Made by a program: the position numbers and the translations under genes
Part shown: one piece after another, positions 36,713 to 46,233 of the stretch
How the letters are laid out: each line of letters starts with the position of its first letter
Numbering within the stretch: the stretch's first letter is position 1
Origin: Bacillota bacterium
GTDB taxonomy: Bacteria > Bacillota > Sulfobacillia > JAJYWN01 > JAJZPE01
Length of the DNA stretch: 63,376 bases
Reading direction: 5' to 3'
Assembly: GCA_021811325.1 (NCBI GenBank)
Contig: JAJZPE010000004.1
Coordinates: forward strand, 1-63,376
The notes under the pieces: generated by a model
What the model was told of the DNA's origin: nothing
The model's database searches: none
What the model saw: only the letters and a program-made list of their open reading frames with translations

Positions 36713-39400
36713 ATGCGAATAAAGGAACTCCGGGCCTTTGAGGGCCGGAACATCCACAGCCATTACCCGGCTGTCGAGATGCTCCTGGACCTCGGCGACC
36801 TAGACGGCCGCAAGACGCGAGACCTGGAGGACTTCAGCGAGCGGCTCTTGGCCGCTCTGCCGGGCTTGGCTCAGCACCACTGCTCGCTCGGGCGGCCCGG
36901 CGGTTTCATCGAAAGGGTACGGGAAGGCACCTACCTTGGCCACGTGGTCGAACACGTGGCCTTAGAGCTACAGACGCAGGCCGGTCTCGGGATGGTCTAC
37001 GGCAAGACGCGCCAGACCGAGCAGCCCGGGGTCTACCGCATCGTCTTCGAGTACCGGGCCAGGGAGGCCGGGCTGGAGGCGGCCAGGCGGGCCGTCGAGG
37101 TGACCTCGAGGTTGGTCGCCGGGGAGCGGCCCGACGTGGCCGCCGCCGTGACCGCCATCAAAGGGACGGCCGCCCGCACCGAACTCGGCCCGAGCACGGC
37201 GGCCATCGCCGAAGCCGCCCGGCGGCGGGGCATCCCGGTCACCCGGATCGGCCCGGAGAGTCTACTGCAGCTGGGCTACGGGTGCCGCCAGAAGCGGGTC
37301 AGGGCGACCATCACCGCCAACACGGGCTGCGTCGGCGTGGACATCGCCGGCGACAAGAGCCTGGCCAAACTCATCCTCGACCGGGCCGGCGTCCCGGTCC
37401 CACCGGGGACCGTGGTCAGCACGGAGGAGGAGGCCGCCGAGGCGGCCAGGGCCATCGCCGAGCCGACGGTGGTCAAGCCGCGCGACGGCAATCAGGGACG
37501 GGGCGTGAGCCTCAATCTGACCACCGAAGAGCAGGTCCGGGCGGCGTTCCGGGCGGCCCGCGCCCACGGCGAGGAGGTCATCGTCGAGCAGCACGTGACC
37601 GGCCGTCACTACCGGTTGCTCATCGTCGACGGCCGCCTCGAGGCCGCGGCCGAGCGGATGCCGGCGCGCGTCGTCGGCGATGGGGAGCACACCGTGGCCG
37701 AACTGATCGACCTCGTCAACGCCGACCCCAACCGCGGGGACGAGCACGAGAAGCCGTTGACCAAGATCAAGGTGGATGACGTCGTCGCCATCACGCTGGC
37801 CAAGCAAGGGCTATCGCTGGCCGCCCGGCCGCCCGCCGGGCAGGTCGTCAACCTCCGCGAGGGGGCCAACCTGAGCACGGGAGGCACGGCCCGGGATGTC
37901 ACCGATGAAGTCCACCCCGACTTCGCCGCCCTCGCCATGCGCGTGGCCGCCATCGTCGGCCTCGATGTGGCCGGCATCGACCTCGTGACGCCGGACATCG
38001 CCGCCCCCTTCGACCCCGAGAAGACGGCCGTCATCGAAGTCAACGCGGCCCCCGGCATCCGCATGCACCTCTACCCGAGCGAGGGCCGGCCGCGGCCGGT
38101 GGCCGAGGCCATCGTTCGCTCCATGTTCCCGCCCGGGGAAGACGGCCGCATCCCCGTCCTGGCGGTCACAGGGACGAACGGGAAGACGACCGTCTGCCGG
38201 CTCATCGCCCGCATCCTGCGGGAACAGGGCAAAAAAGTCGGCCTGGCGACCACCGACGGCATCTGGATTGACGGCCGCCGGGTCGTCGACGGTGACACCA
38301 GCGGCCCATGGAGCGCCGGGGTGGTCCTGAGCGACCCGGCGGTCGAGGCCGCCGTCCTGGAGACGGCCAGGGGCGGCATCATCCGCGGCGGGCTGGCCTT
38401 CGACCACTGCGACGTGGCCGTGGTGACGAACATCTCGTCCGACCACCTCGGGCAGGACGGCGTCGAGACCCTCGAGGACCTCGCCGATGTCAAGGCACTC
38501 CTGGTCGAAGCCGTGCCCAGGGATGGCTTCGCCGTCCTCAACGCCGACGACCATTACGTGGTCGAACTGGCCTACCGGACTGACGGGGAGATCATCTACT
38601 TCGGCCTCCAGGACGACAACCTGGTCGTCCGCCGCCACCTCAACGGGCGGGGGCGGGCCGTGCTCCTCAGGAAGGGGCAGGTCGTCCTGGCCCATGGCGG
38701 AAGCGAGGTCCGGTTGGGGAGCATCCGCGAATTCCCCTTGACCTTGGGCGGACGGGCCGTCCACAACGTCCAGAACCTGCTGGCCGCGACCGCCGCGGGT
38801 TGGGCCGCGGGGGCCGACCCGGGGGTCCTGGTCCAGGCCCTCCGGGCCTTCAGCCACACTCCGGACTGCAACCCCGGGCGTTTCAACCTCTACGAAGTCG
38901 GCGACCTCCGTCTGGTCATCGACTACGGTCACAACCCGGCCGCTTTCCAGAACACCCTGCGGGCGGTCAGGGCCCTGTCTCCCGGCCGGCTCATCGGGGT
39001 CATCGCCGCCCCGGGCGACCGCCGCGACGAAAACCTCCGGGAACTCGGGCGGGTGGCCGGGCGTGGTTTCACCCGGCTGTTCATCAAGGAGGACCACGAC
39101 AAACGCGGCCGGCGTCCCGGCGAGGTGGCCGAGTTGCTCCTCCGAGGGGCCATCGAGGGCGGGGCGCCGCCTGAAGGCGTGACCGTCATCCTGGACGAGG
39201 AGGAAGCCGTCCTGACGGCCTGCCGCGGGACTCAGGGGGGCGACGTGGTCGTTGTCTTCTACGAAAAATACGAGCCCATTGCGGCCCTCGCCCGAAGAGT
39301 GGCGGCCGAGTGGGAGGAGCGGCGGTCGGCGGCACCCAGACCGCTGGTCGTGGCCGGGGTGCTGGTCGAGAACAGCTTCACGGGCGGGCCCGGTGAATAG
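36713..39400 (+). CDS. cphA: Cyanophycin synthetase
   Basis: GTYLGHVVEH, LGPST, QLGYG, ATP-grasp KPRDGNQGRGV, NLSTGG, EVNAAPG.RMH, Mur-ligase VTGTNGKTT and DYGHNP. Confidence 0.95.
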   Translation: MRIKELRAFEGRNIHSHYPAVEMLLDLGDLDGRKTRDLEDFSERLLAALPGLAQHHCSLGRPGGFIERVREGTYLGHVVEHVALELQTQAGLGMVYGKTRQTEQPGVYRIVFEYRAREAGLEAARRAVEVTSRLVAGERPDVAAAVTAIKGTAARTELGPSTAAIAEAARRRGIPVTRIGPESLLQLGYGCRQKRVRATITANTGCVGVDIAGDKSLAKLILDRAGVPVPPGTVVSTEEEAAEAARAIAEPTVVKPRDGNQGRGVSLNLTTEEQVRAAFRAARAHGEEVIVEQHVTGRHYRLLIVDGRLEAAAERMPARVVGDGEHTVAELIDLVNADPNRGDEHEKPLTKIKVDDVVAITLAKQGLSLAARPPAGQVVNLREGANLSTGGTARDVTDEVHPDFAALAMRVAAIVGLDVAGIDLVTPDIAAPFDPEKTAVIEVNAAPGIRMHLYPSEGRPRPVAEAIVRSMFPPGEDGRIPVLAVTGTNGKTTVCRLIARILREQGKKVGLATTDGIWIDGRRVVDGDTSGPWSAGVVLSDPAVEAAVLETARGGIIRGGLAFDHCDVAVVTNISSDHLGQDGVETLEDLADVKALLVEAVPRDGFAVLNADDHYVVELAYRTDGEIIYFGLQDDNLVVRRHLNGRGRAVLLRKGQVVLAHGGSEVRLGSIREFPLTLGGRAVHNVQNLLAATAAGWAAGADPGVLVQALRAFSHTPDCNPGRFNLYEVGDLRLVIDYGHNPAAFQNTLRAVRALSPGRLIGVIAAPGDRRDENLRELGRVAGRGFTRLFIKEDHDKRGRRPGEVAELLLRGAIEGGAPPEGVTVILDEEEAVLTACRGTQGGDVVVVFYEKYEPIAALARRVAAEWEERRSAAPRPLVVAGVLVENSFTGGPGE

Positions 39401-39520
39401 GGCCCGGCGCATCCCGCAGTCGTGTCCACCGGCCCGAGGCGGCCGGTGGAACCGCTTTCACGGGGGCGTAGGGGAAGCGCCTCCGGGCGGCGAATCACGG
39501 CTCGTGGAGGGATGCGAGCC

Positions 39521-40468
39521 ATGCCAAGTTCCGGGACGTCGTCCACCGGCGGGGCGGTCAGCGTGCGGGCCCCGGCCAAGATCAACCTGACCCTGGACGT
39601 GCTGGGCCTCCGCCCGGACGGCTGCCACGAAGTCGCCACCGTCTATCAGACGCTGACTTTGGCCGACCGGCTGGACGTGCGGTTATCGTGGGTGCCGGAC
39701 GATGGGCCGACCATCGTGGTGTCGGCCGATGACCCGGAGGTGCCCGCCGGGCCGGCGAACCTCGTCTACCGAGCGGTCGAGGCCGTCCTGAGGAGAGCCG
39801 GGTCCCTGAACGGGGCGGTCGCGTCAGGGCTGTCGCCGCGGGTCGAGGTGGCCATCGCCAAGGCCATTCCGGTGGCCGCCGGGCTCGGGGGCGGGAGTTC
39901 GGATGCGGCCGCCGCGCTGACCGCCGTCAACGGGCTGTTGGGCGGCCGCGTGGCCCCCGCCGCCCTGGCCGGACTGGCCGCCGCTCTGGGCTCGGACGTG
40001 CCGTTCTTCCTCCGCGGGGGCACGGCCCTGGCCCGGGGGCGCGGAGAGGACGTCGAGCCCTTGGCCGACGCCCCTCCGTTCCACGTGGTGCTGGTCAAGG
40101 CCGGCCGGAAGGAATCGACGGCGGGCGTCTACGCCCGGCACGACCGCATGGCCCCAGGAGGCGGCGGCCGGCGGGACCGTTCGCGCGCGGCGGCGCTGGC
40201 CATCCGCGGCGGTGACCCGACCGCCCTGGCCGCTTCCATCGGGAACGACCTCGCGGCGGCCGCGCGCGAGCTGGCGCCGGAGATAGCCCGGGTCGAGTCG
40301 GCCTTGGTGGCCACCGGGGCCGAAGCGGTAGCCGTGAGCGGGGCCGGTCCCACCGTCTTCGCCCTTTACCGCGGCGCCGAGCAGGCGGCCTCGGCCGAAA
40401 GGTTGATGGCGTCACTTTTTCCCTGGACAGCGTTGGCGGAATTCGCGTCCCCGGCAGGAGACCGTTGA
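39521..40468 (+). CDS. ispE: 4-diphosphocytidyl-2-C-methyl-D-erythritol kinase
   Basis: APAKINL.L, IP.AAGLGGGSSDAA, LGSDVPF, SGAGPT. Confidence 0.93.
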   Translation: MPSSGTSSTGGAVSVRAPAKINLTLDVLGLRPDGCHEVATVYQTLTLADRLDVRLSWVPDDGPTIVVSADDPEVPAGPANLVYRAVEAVLRRAGSLNGAVASGLSPRVEVAIAKAIPVAAGLGGGSSDAAAALTAVNGLLGGRVAPAALAGLAAALGSDVPFFLRGGTALARGRGEDVEPLADAPPFHVVLVKAGRKESTAGVYARHDRMAPGGGGRRDRSRAAALAIRGGDPTALAASIGNDLAAAARELAPEIARVESALVATGAEAVAVSGAGPTVFALYRGAEQAASAERLMASLFPWTALAEFASPAGDR

Positions 40469-40574
40469 GTTCCAGCGAATACTCTCCCGCGCCGGATGCG
40501 GGGCCGCGGGGCGGCGTCCGGCGGCAAGGCCCATGAACCGGGCGCCAAGGGCAAATCCACGGGGGTGCTCGCAG

Positions 40575-41345
40575 ATGAAAGCGAACGCAGTGGTCATGGC
40601 CGGGCGAGCCAACGAGGGGCGACTCAAGGAAGTCAGCGACGCTGCCTATGAGGCCCTGATCGCCATCGCCGGCCGGCCCATGCTGGACTGGGTCCTGGGG
40701 GCCCTCCGGGCATCCAGCACCATTCAACGCATCGTCATCGTCGGTCCGGAGAAGGTCATCCGGGAGAAGGTCGACCCGCAGGGGGCGACCTTCGTCGAGC
40801 CCGGCGAGTCAATGGTCGAGAACATGCTCCGCGGGGTCAGGTCACTGCCTTCCGACGAGATGGTCCTGGTCGTCTCGTCCGACCTGCCGCTCCTCACGGG
40901 CCACGTCATTGATGATTATCTGGGCCAGTGCGCCGAGAGGAAGGCCGACCTCTACTACCCGATCATCGAGAAGGACGTCATCGAACCCAAGTACCCCGGC
41001 GTCCACCGGACCTACGCCACCCTCAGGGAGGGCACCTACACAGGCGGCAACGTCCTTCTGGTCCACCCGCGGCTGCTCCTGGAGAATTACCAGAAGGCCG
41101 AGGCCTTCGTCGACGCCCGGAAGAGTCCGCTGAAGTTGGCCCAGGTCCTCGGCTTCGGCTTCGTCGTCCGGCTCCTCCTGAAGATGCTTTCGATCAAGGA
41201 ACTCGAGGAGACCATCTGCCGGAACTTCAACCTGTCGGGGGTGGCCGTCGCCTGCCGCGAGGCCGAGATCGGCATCGACGTCGACAAGCCCAGCGACTAC
41301 GAACTGGCCGCCCGGGTGCTCGGCCAGAATAGGCCGGGCGCCTGA
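40575..41345 (+). CDS. MobA-like nucleotidyltransferase family protein
   Basis: AVVMAG, GRPMLDWV, SDLP and DVDKP motifs. Confidence 0.75.
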   Translation: MKANAVVMAGRANEGRLKEVSDAAYEALIAIAGRPMLDWVLGALRASSTIQRIVIVGPEKVIREKVDPQGATFVEPGESMVENMLRGVRSLPSDEMVLVVSSDLPLLTGHVIDDYLGQCAERKADLYYPIIEKDVIEPKYPGVHRTYATLREGTYTGGNVLLVHPRLLLENYQKAEAFVDARKSPLKLAQVLGFGFVVRLLLKMLSIKELEETICRNFNLSGVAVACREAEIGIDVDKPSDYELAARVLGQNRPGA

Positions 41346-41372
41346 GCCGCTACCCTGAAGTTCAGAGAAATA

Positions 41373-41406
41373 GCGAGGCCGCCCCGAAGGGCGGCTTCGT
41401 TTTGTT
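41373..41406 (+). terminator. Rho-independent terminator
   Basis: GCGAGGCCGCCC-CGAA-GGGCGGCTTCGT followed by TTTGTT. Confidence 0.75.
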
Positions 41407-41472
41407 CTCCAGCCCGGCCGCGCCCCAGGGACAAAAGACTACCCCGCCGGGCAGACCCACGGCCCGCGGCCG

Positions 41473-41499
41473 GCAGGACTTGCGCACTGGCTATCGAAA
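41473..41499 (+). promoter_or_regulatory. SigH-like promoter upstream of purR
   Basis: GCAGGA-17bp-GAAA. Confidence 0.45.
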
Positions 41500-41576
41500 G
41501 AGATGAATAAAACGGTCGGTAAAGCCAAAGATTGTTCGGAAACAGCAGTCAGGAACAAGCCGAGAGGGGTGGCCCG

Positions 41577-42401
41577 GTGGGCAGGCTGAGGCGCAGCGAA
41601 CGGCTGGCGGCGATGGTCAAGACCCTGGTCGACCAGCCGGCGGTCCTTTTCTCCCTGACCCAGTTCGCTGAGATGTTCGGGGCGGCCAAGTCGACCATCA
41701 GCGAAGACCTGGGCATCGTCAAAGACAGCCTCGAGCGGTTCGGCCTGGGGCGGGTGGAGACCTTCGCCGGGGCCGCCGGCGGCGTCAAGTTCCTCCCACA
41801 ACTGCCGATGCCGGCCGCCCGTGCCTTTGTGTCTGAGCTGTGTGGGCAACTTAAAGCCCCGGACCGGGTCCTCCCGGGGGGCTTCCTCTTCATGACCGAC
41901 CTCATCTTCTCACCGGCCGTCGCCTCCCGGGTCGGGGAGATCTTCGCCACCCGTTTCCGTGACCTCGAGCCGGGGTACGTCCTGACCGTCGAGACCAAGG
42001 GCATCCCGATGGCCATGATGACCGCCAGGTTCCTCGGCCTGCCGCTGGTCGCCCTGCGGCGCGGGGCGCGGGTCACCGAGGGGACGTCGGTCAGCATCAA
42101 CTACCTGTCCGGGTCGGACCACCGCATCCAGTCTATGTCCCTGGCCAAGCGAGCCCTCCCGCACGGCGCCCGGGTCATCTTCATCGACGACTTCATGCGG
42201 GCCGGCGGCACCGCCCGTGGCACCTACGACCTGATGGCTGAGTTCGAGGCGGAAGTGGTCGGGGTCGGCGTCTTTATGGCCACCACCGAGCCGCGCCGGA
42301 AGCTTGTCGAGAATTACACCGCCCTGACCTACCTCGACCACGTCGACGAGGATGGACGGAAGGTCGCCGTCCGCCCGGCGCCCTGGTTGGTTGAGGAGTA
42401 G
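41577..42401 (+). CDS. purR: Purine operon repressor PurR (Bacillus type)
   Basis: [42 protein letters not shown]. Confidence 0.92.
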   Translation: MGRLRRSERLAAMVKTLVDQPAVLFSLTQFAEMFGAAKSTISEDLGIVKDSLERFGLGRVETFAGAAGGVKFLPQLPMPAARAFVSELCGQLKAPDRVLPGGFLFMTDLIFSPAVASRVGEIFATRFRDLEPGYVLTVETKGIPMAMMTARFLGLPLVALRRGARVTEGTSVSINYLSGSDHRIQSMSLAKRALPHGARVIFIDDFMRAGGTARGTYDLMAEFEAEVVGVGVFMATTEPRRKLVENYTALTYLDHVDEDGRKVAVRPAPWLVEE

Positions 42402-42430
42402 GCGGTCGGGCCTTCGGTTCCAGGCGCCGG

Positions 42431-42492
42431 TGTCGAACGAAACCTGTCGGCTCGAGTCTGACCGTGGAGGATTCGGAGCCATCCGGTCGAAA
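42431..42492 (+). promoter_or_regulatory. Spo0A box plus SigH-like promoter of spoVG
   Basis: TGTCGAA at 42431-42437; GGAGGA-17bp-GAAA at 42466-42492; spoVG is SigH-dependent in B. subtilis. Confidence 0.6.
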
Positions 42493-42541
42493 CCTTGCCA
42501 CCACCCAGATGGGAAAATTTAACAAAGGCGGGTGGTTCGCA

Positions 42542-42820
42542 GTGCAGGTGACCGATGTCCGAGTGCGCAAGGTCTTGCCGGAGGGCAAGATGAAGGCCGT
42601 CGCCTCGGTGACCCTCGACGACGAGTTCGTCGTCCACGACGTCCGCGTGGTCGAGGGGCAGAATGGACTGTTCATCGCCATGCCCAGCCGCAAGACTCCT
42701 GAGGGGACCTTCCGGGACGTGGCCCATCCCATCACCGCCGAGGCCCGGGAGATGATCCAGGCGGCGGTGCTCAAGGCCTACGAGGAAGGAGCCGCCGGCT
42801 TGGCGGCGCGGGTCGGGTAG
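42542..42820 (+). CDS. spoVG: Septation regulator SpoVG
   Basis: [38 protein letters not shown]. Confidence 0.95.
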   Translation: MQVTDVRVRKVLPEGKMKAVASVTLDDEFVVHDVRVVEGQNGLFIAMPSRKTPEGTFRDVAHPITAEAREMIQAAVLKAYEEGAAGLAARVG

Positions 42821-42875
42821 GCGGCGAAGGTCGCGATCCGGGCATCTCGAGGCGGCCGGCCACGTGTGGCCAAAG

Positions 42876-42911
42876 GAAAAGCCCCTTCCGGGTTGGAAGG
42901 GGCTTCGTCTT
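42876..42911. terminator. Probable bidirectional terminator
   Basis: AAAAGCCCCTTCC-GGGTT-GGAAGGGGCTTCGTCTT between convergent genes. Confidence 0.7.
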
Positions 42912-42951
42912 GCCGTTCGCGCGCTTTGGTCGCGCGCCGCGGCCGTCAAGC

Positions 42952-43605
42952 TTACATCCCGGGGACGTGGAGCCAATCCCGGAAGAGGAACTGGAGACGG
43001 CCAATAAACAGAGAGATGCGGGCCATGACGGTGTTGCCGAAAGCGGCGCCCAGGCCGACCATGATCACCCAGCGGCCGAACCAGGCGGGCCAACCGAGCA
43101 GCTTGTTCTCCCTCTTCACGGTGAAAAAGAAGTACGAGAGCGCGGTCAGCAGGAAGACCCAAAACAGGATGTTGTTCAGAGTCTGGGTGAAGATGATGCC
43201 GCCGCCCTTGGCGGAAACGGCGAACTTCGACCCATAGCTATCGACGATCTGCTTCATGAGGACCGCCGGTTGGAAGGCCAGGGTGTAGCCGACGCCGTAG
43301 CCGACCCAGAAGGACATCGGGTAGCGGGCCAGCCAGGACATTTTCGGGAAGTACTGGAAGTAGATCAGCAGACCGATGACGATCGGGACGATATAAATGA
43401 ACTTCCCGTCCTTCAGGATGTCGGTCTGGATCGTTGGCTTGATGTACTGGTCCCAGTTGCCGACGACCCCGAAGCCGGTGGCCAACCCGACGAAGAGATG
43501 CTCGGCCGCGCGGAACACGGGGTTCTCGGCCCAGAGGTAGCTCAGGCAGGCGAATGTCGCGATCGCCCCGACCCAAGCAGCTGTAGGAGTCCAAGTCCAA
43601 GTCAC
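42952..43605 (-). CDS. Uncharacterised membrane protein (gene 4 of DUF6754 cluster)
   Basis: Multi-TM; S.L..ENP.FR.AEH.FVG and FG.TVMAR.SL..GR motifs; GGAGGTG RBS. Confidence 0.75.
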   Translation of the reverse strand: MTWTWTPTAAWVGAIATFACLSYLWAENPVFRAAEHLFVGLATGFGVVGNWDQYIKPTIQTDILKDGKFIYIVPIVIGLLIYFQYFPKMSWLARYPMSFWVGYGVGYTLAFQPAVLMKQIVDSYGSKFAVSAKGGGIIFTQTLNNILFWVFLLTALSYFFFTVKRENKLLGWPAWFGRWVIMVGLGAAFGNTVMARISLFIGRLQFLFRDWLHVPGM

Positions 43606-43653
43606 GCTTTGTCACCTCCCGACATGAGCTGCGGAAGACACTCCGCGCGGTGG

Positions 43654-44475
43654 TCAGGCCTTCTTGCGAAGGACATAGCCGACGTTACCGACGATGATCA
43701 GCAGGATGATCAGGGCATGACCGAGGGACTGCGCGTCCATACCCTTGATGGCGCTCCCGGGGGCCCTGGTCAGAAGTTCATACTCGGCCGCGCCGCGCAT
43801 CCCCGACAGAATCCCCTTGTACTGCCCGGACTTGACGTACGGCATGGCGCCAGGGGCGGAGACGGCGGTCACGCCGACGCTCATCGGGACCTTCTTCGGC
43901 TCGGAGACATACTGGAGGTAGTCCGCGGTGCCGGGGCTGCCGGTGCTCAAGTCGAAGATAAAGGCCACGCTCGAAGAGTCGAGCTTCTTGACCCGCTCCA
44001 TCAGCGGCAACTGGGACAGCGGAGTGCCGTTGACGTCCACGCCGGCCGCGGCGCCCCACAGGTCGTCGGTCATCTGGCGGAGGGTGACCGGGTTGTTCGG
44101 CTTCCAGCCGAGGTTGACCCAGTCCACACCTTCCTTGGCCCCGACTTCCTTGGAGACCTTCTCGGTCCAGTTCTTGGACATCTGGACGCCGTCCTGCCAC
44201 ATGGCGTAGATGACGACCTTGACGCCCTTCTTGAGGGCTTGCCGGAAGATGGCGATGGCCATCGGGTCGAGCTCCGGCGCGCTGGACGGGCCGTAGTCGG
44301 CGCCGATCCAGAGGACGTCACCGGGCTTGAGGGCGTCGACCGCGTTGAAGCCGGTCTCGCTCTCGGTGCTGGTGCTCAAGGGCAACCCCAGGGGCTTGAC
44401 CAGCGGAACGGCGATGGCGATGGCGACCAGCAGGTAGATGACCCGCTTGTCAAGGCTCATAAGCCGGTCCCACAT
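43654..44475 (-). CDS. Uncharacterised membrane-anchored protein (gene 3 of DUF6754 cluster)
   Basis: N- and C-terminal TMs around a soluble domain; DYGPSS.PEL.P, GM.GAAEYE, MDAQS..H motifs. Confidence 0.75.
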   Translation of the reverse strand: MWDRLMSLDKRVIYLLVAIAIAVPLVKPLGLPLSTSTESETGFNAVDALKPGDVLWIGADYGPSSAPELDPMAIAIFRQALKKGVKVVIYAMWQDGVQMSKNWTEKVSKEVGAKEGVDWVNLGWKPNNPVTLRQMTDDLWGAAAGVDVNGTPLSQLPLMERVKKLDSSSVAFIFDLSTGSPGTADYLQYVSEPKKVPMSVGVTAVSAPGAMPYVKSGQYKGILSGMRGAAEYELLTRAPGSAIKGMDAQSLGHALIILLIIVGNVGYVLRKKA

Positions 44476-44531
44476 TCTTCGTTACACCTCCTTGCTGTGG
44501 GCTAAGTGACACGAGTAACGGGAACCGGCCA

Positions 44532-45167
44532 TCACTTCATCCCTGCCCCGCCGACCCCACCGAGGTGGGCCCGCTCGATACCGAGCAAGATGCGGAGCAC
44601 GGTGACGAAGGATCCTAGGTAAGCGCCGATGAGGACGGCGCGCATGGCGGCCGTGTTCGGGAAGCGCATGATCCAGTTGGCCCAGTCCGGGAACCCCTTC
44701 CAGATAGCCTCGCCGATAGGGGCCCGGCCGAGCATGACGATGGCCGCCGAGACCAGGAGGAGGGTCGCCTCCACGGTCCGGATCCGGAACGCCCGGTAGG
44801 CCGCGGTGGCGATGTAGAACGCCAGGAGCGAGAAGATGGTCGAGTCAAGCTGTACCAGGAGGGCGTTGTATAGCCACCGAAAGTTCTGGCCCTTGTAGCC
44901 CTCGACGACGCCGAGGGCGGTGTAACCCCACAAGGCGACGAGCAGCAGGAGGCTGAAGATGTACCCGGCCTTGCGCCGCCTGATGTGGTTGACATGGATC
45001 CTGGTCAGGTTGACGGCCCCGATCAGGAGGGCGAAGGCTTGGCTGATGGTCTGCCACTTGTCCATGGCGTTGATCAGCTGCCATTTCTCGCCGATGGCGA
45101 AGTCATGGCCGAAGATGACAAACAGCCCGGTCAAAATGGTCACGAGCAAGGGCAATTCCTTGCGCAC
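44532..45167 (-). CDS. Uncharacterised membrane protein (gene 2 of DUF6754 cluster)
   Basis: Multi-TM; FSLLAFYI..AAYRAFR.R..EA..LL and P.TAA.R motifs. Confidence 0.75.
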   Translation of the reverse strand: MRKELPLLVTILTGLFVIFGHDFAIGEKWQLINAMDKWQTISQAFALLIGAVNLTRIHVNHIRRRKAGYIFSLLLLVALWGYTALGVVEGYKGQNFRWLYNALLVQLDSTIFSLLAFYIATAAYRAFRIRTVEATLLLVSAAIVMLGRAPIGEAIWKGFPDWANWIMRFPNTAAMRAVLIGAYLGSFVTVLRILLGIERAHLGGVGGAGMK

Positions 45168-45207
45168 TCACGTACACCCCCTTTTCCCTTTGGTGTGCTC
45201 CCCGGGC

Positions 45208-45996
45208 TCACTTCAGAATCCAACTGGTGAGCGGGTTCTTCTTCGGGTCGGCGATGACGTTGGTGATCACGGTCCCGACGATAATCGTCAGGAAGACGAG
45301 GATCTTGAACCAGTCCTCGCCGACGACGGTCCCGAGCAACACCGGGTTCTTGGAAATGTACGCGCTGGCGGCATAGATCTCCTCGCCGATCAGCGTGTAG
45401 TCGCAGGCCGCGACGAAGAAGGGGAGCTGGGCGGTGGACGTTGTGCCGGCGATCTGGATGGCGCCGATCTGGGCGCCGGCCTCGGCCAGGATCAGGGACT
45501 CGGCGTAGAAGTAGCCGATCATGATGTTGGCCGCCGGCTTCTCGCGGGCGAACATACCCAGAAGGGCCGAGGTGTAACCGAACTGGAAGCCCGACAGGTA
45601 CCGGACGTCATCCGGGTTGTAGGCGTCCGGACGACCGGCTTCGAGGTAAGCCTGCTTGATGATTTCCTCGTTCACCGAGTGCACCAGGTAGTTCCGGTTG
45701 GTCTGAATCAACCGGCAGTCGTACTTGGCGCACAGCTGAGCGATGTAGCCCAGGGTATTGAAGAAGGCGAAGGTCTCTGGAGCACTGATACCACCGAGGC
45801 CGGGGGTCGCGTGCACCGGCCGACCCATCTCAGTGGCGCGGCCGATCGACTCTTCCAAGGCCTCGAGGCCGGCGATCTTGCGGATCTCGGGGATCTTCAT
45901 CCCGGCTCTGGCCCGGGTGATGAGGACATAGGTGACGATTCCTATCGCGACGATGAACCAGAAGTCGACAACCATGCCCTTGGTCCAGATTGTCAC
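45208..45996 (-). CDS. DUF6754-family membrane protein
   Basis: IR.IAGL.A.EE.IGRATEMGRP, AESLILAE.G..GAIQIAGT, QLPFF..CDY.LIGEE.YAA; GTG start chosen after AGGAGGTG. Confidence 0.75.
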   Translation of the reverse strand: MTIWTKGMVVDFWFIVAIGIVTYVLITRARAGMKIPEIRKIAGLEALEESIGRATEMGRPVHATPGLGGISAPETFAFFNTLGYIAQLCAKYDCRLIQTNRNYLVHSVNEEIIKQAYLEAGRPDAYNPDDVRYLSGFQFGYTSALLGMFAREKPAANIMIGYFYAESLILAEAGAQIGAIQIAGTTSTAQLPFFVAACDYTLIGEEIYAASAYISKNPVLLGTVVGEDWFKILVFLTIIVGTVITNVIADPKKNPLTSWILK

Positions 45997-46233
45997 TGCT
46001 TTTTTCACCTCCTTCCCCTGCCCAATGATTTAAGCAACGCTGTATTTTTTCATTTCGGTGAAGGTTCCCCGAATCCTTCTGGGGGCCTAAAGTTCTTGGT
46101 CCTAAAGACCCCCTGGTCGGCCGCGTGGGCGTGGCCGGGCGGTCGGGCAAAGCTGGCCGGGCAGGAACGCACCGGGGCGCGTTGAATAACTGCCGGGGCG
46201 CAGGCAACTAACTAATGGTAAGGGGTTGAGGGT

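Noticed and set aside
46020-46075. Specific sigma-factor assignment for the DUF6754 operon promoter
   Set aside because: AT-rich but no convincing match with correct spacing to SigA, E, F, G, H, K, ECF or sigma-54
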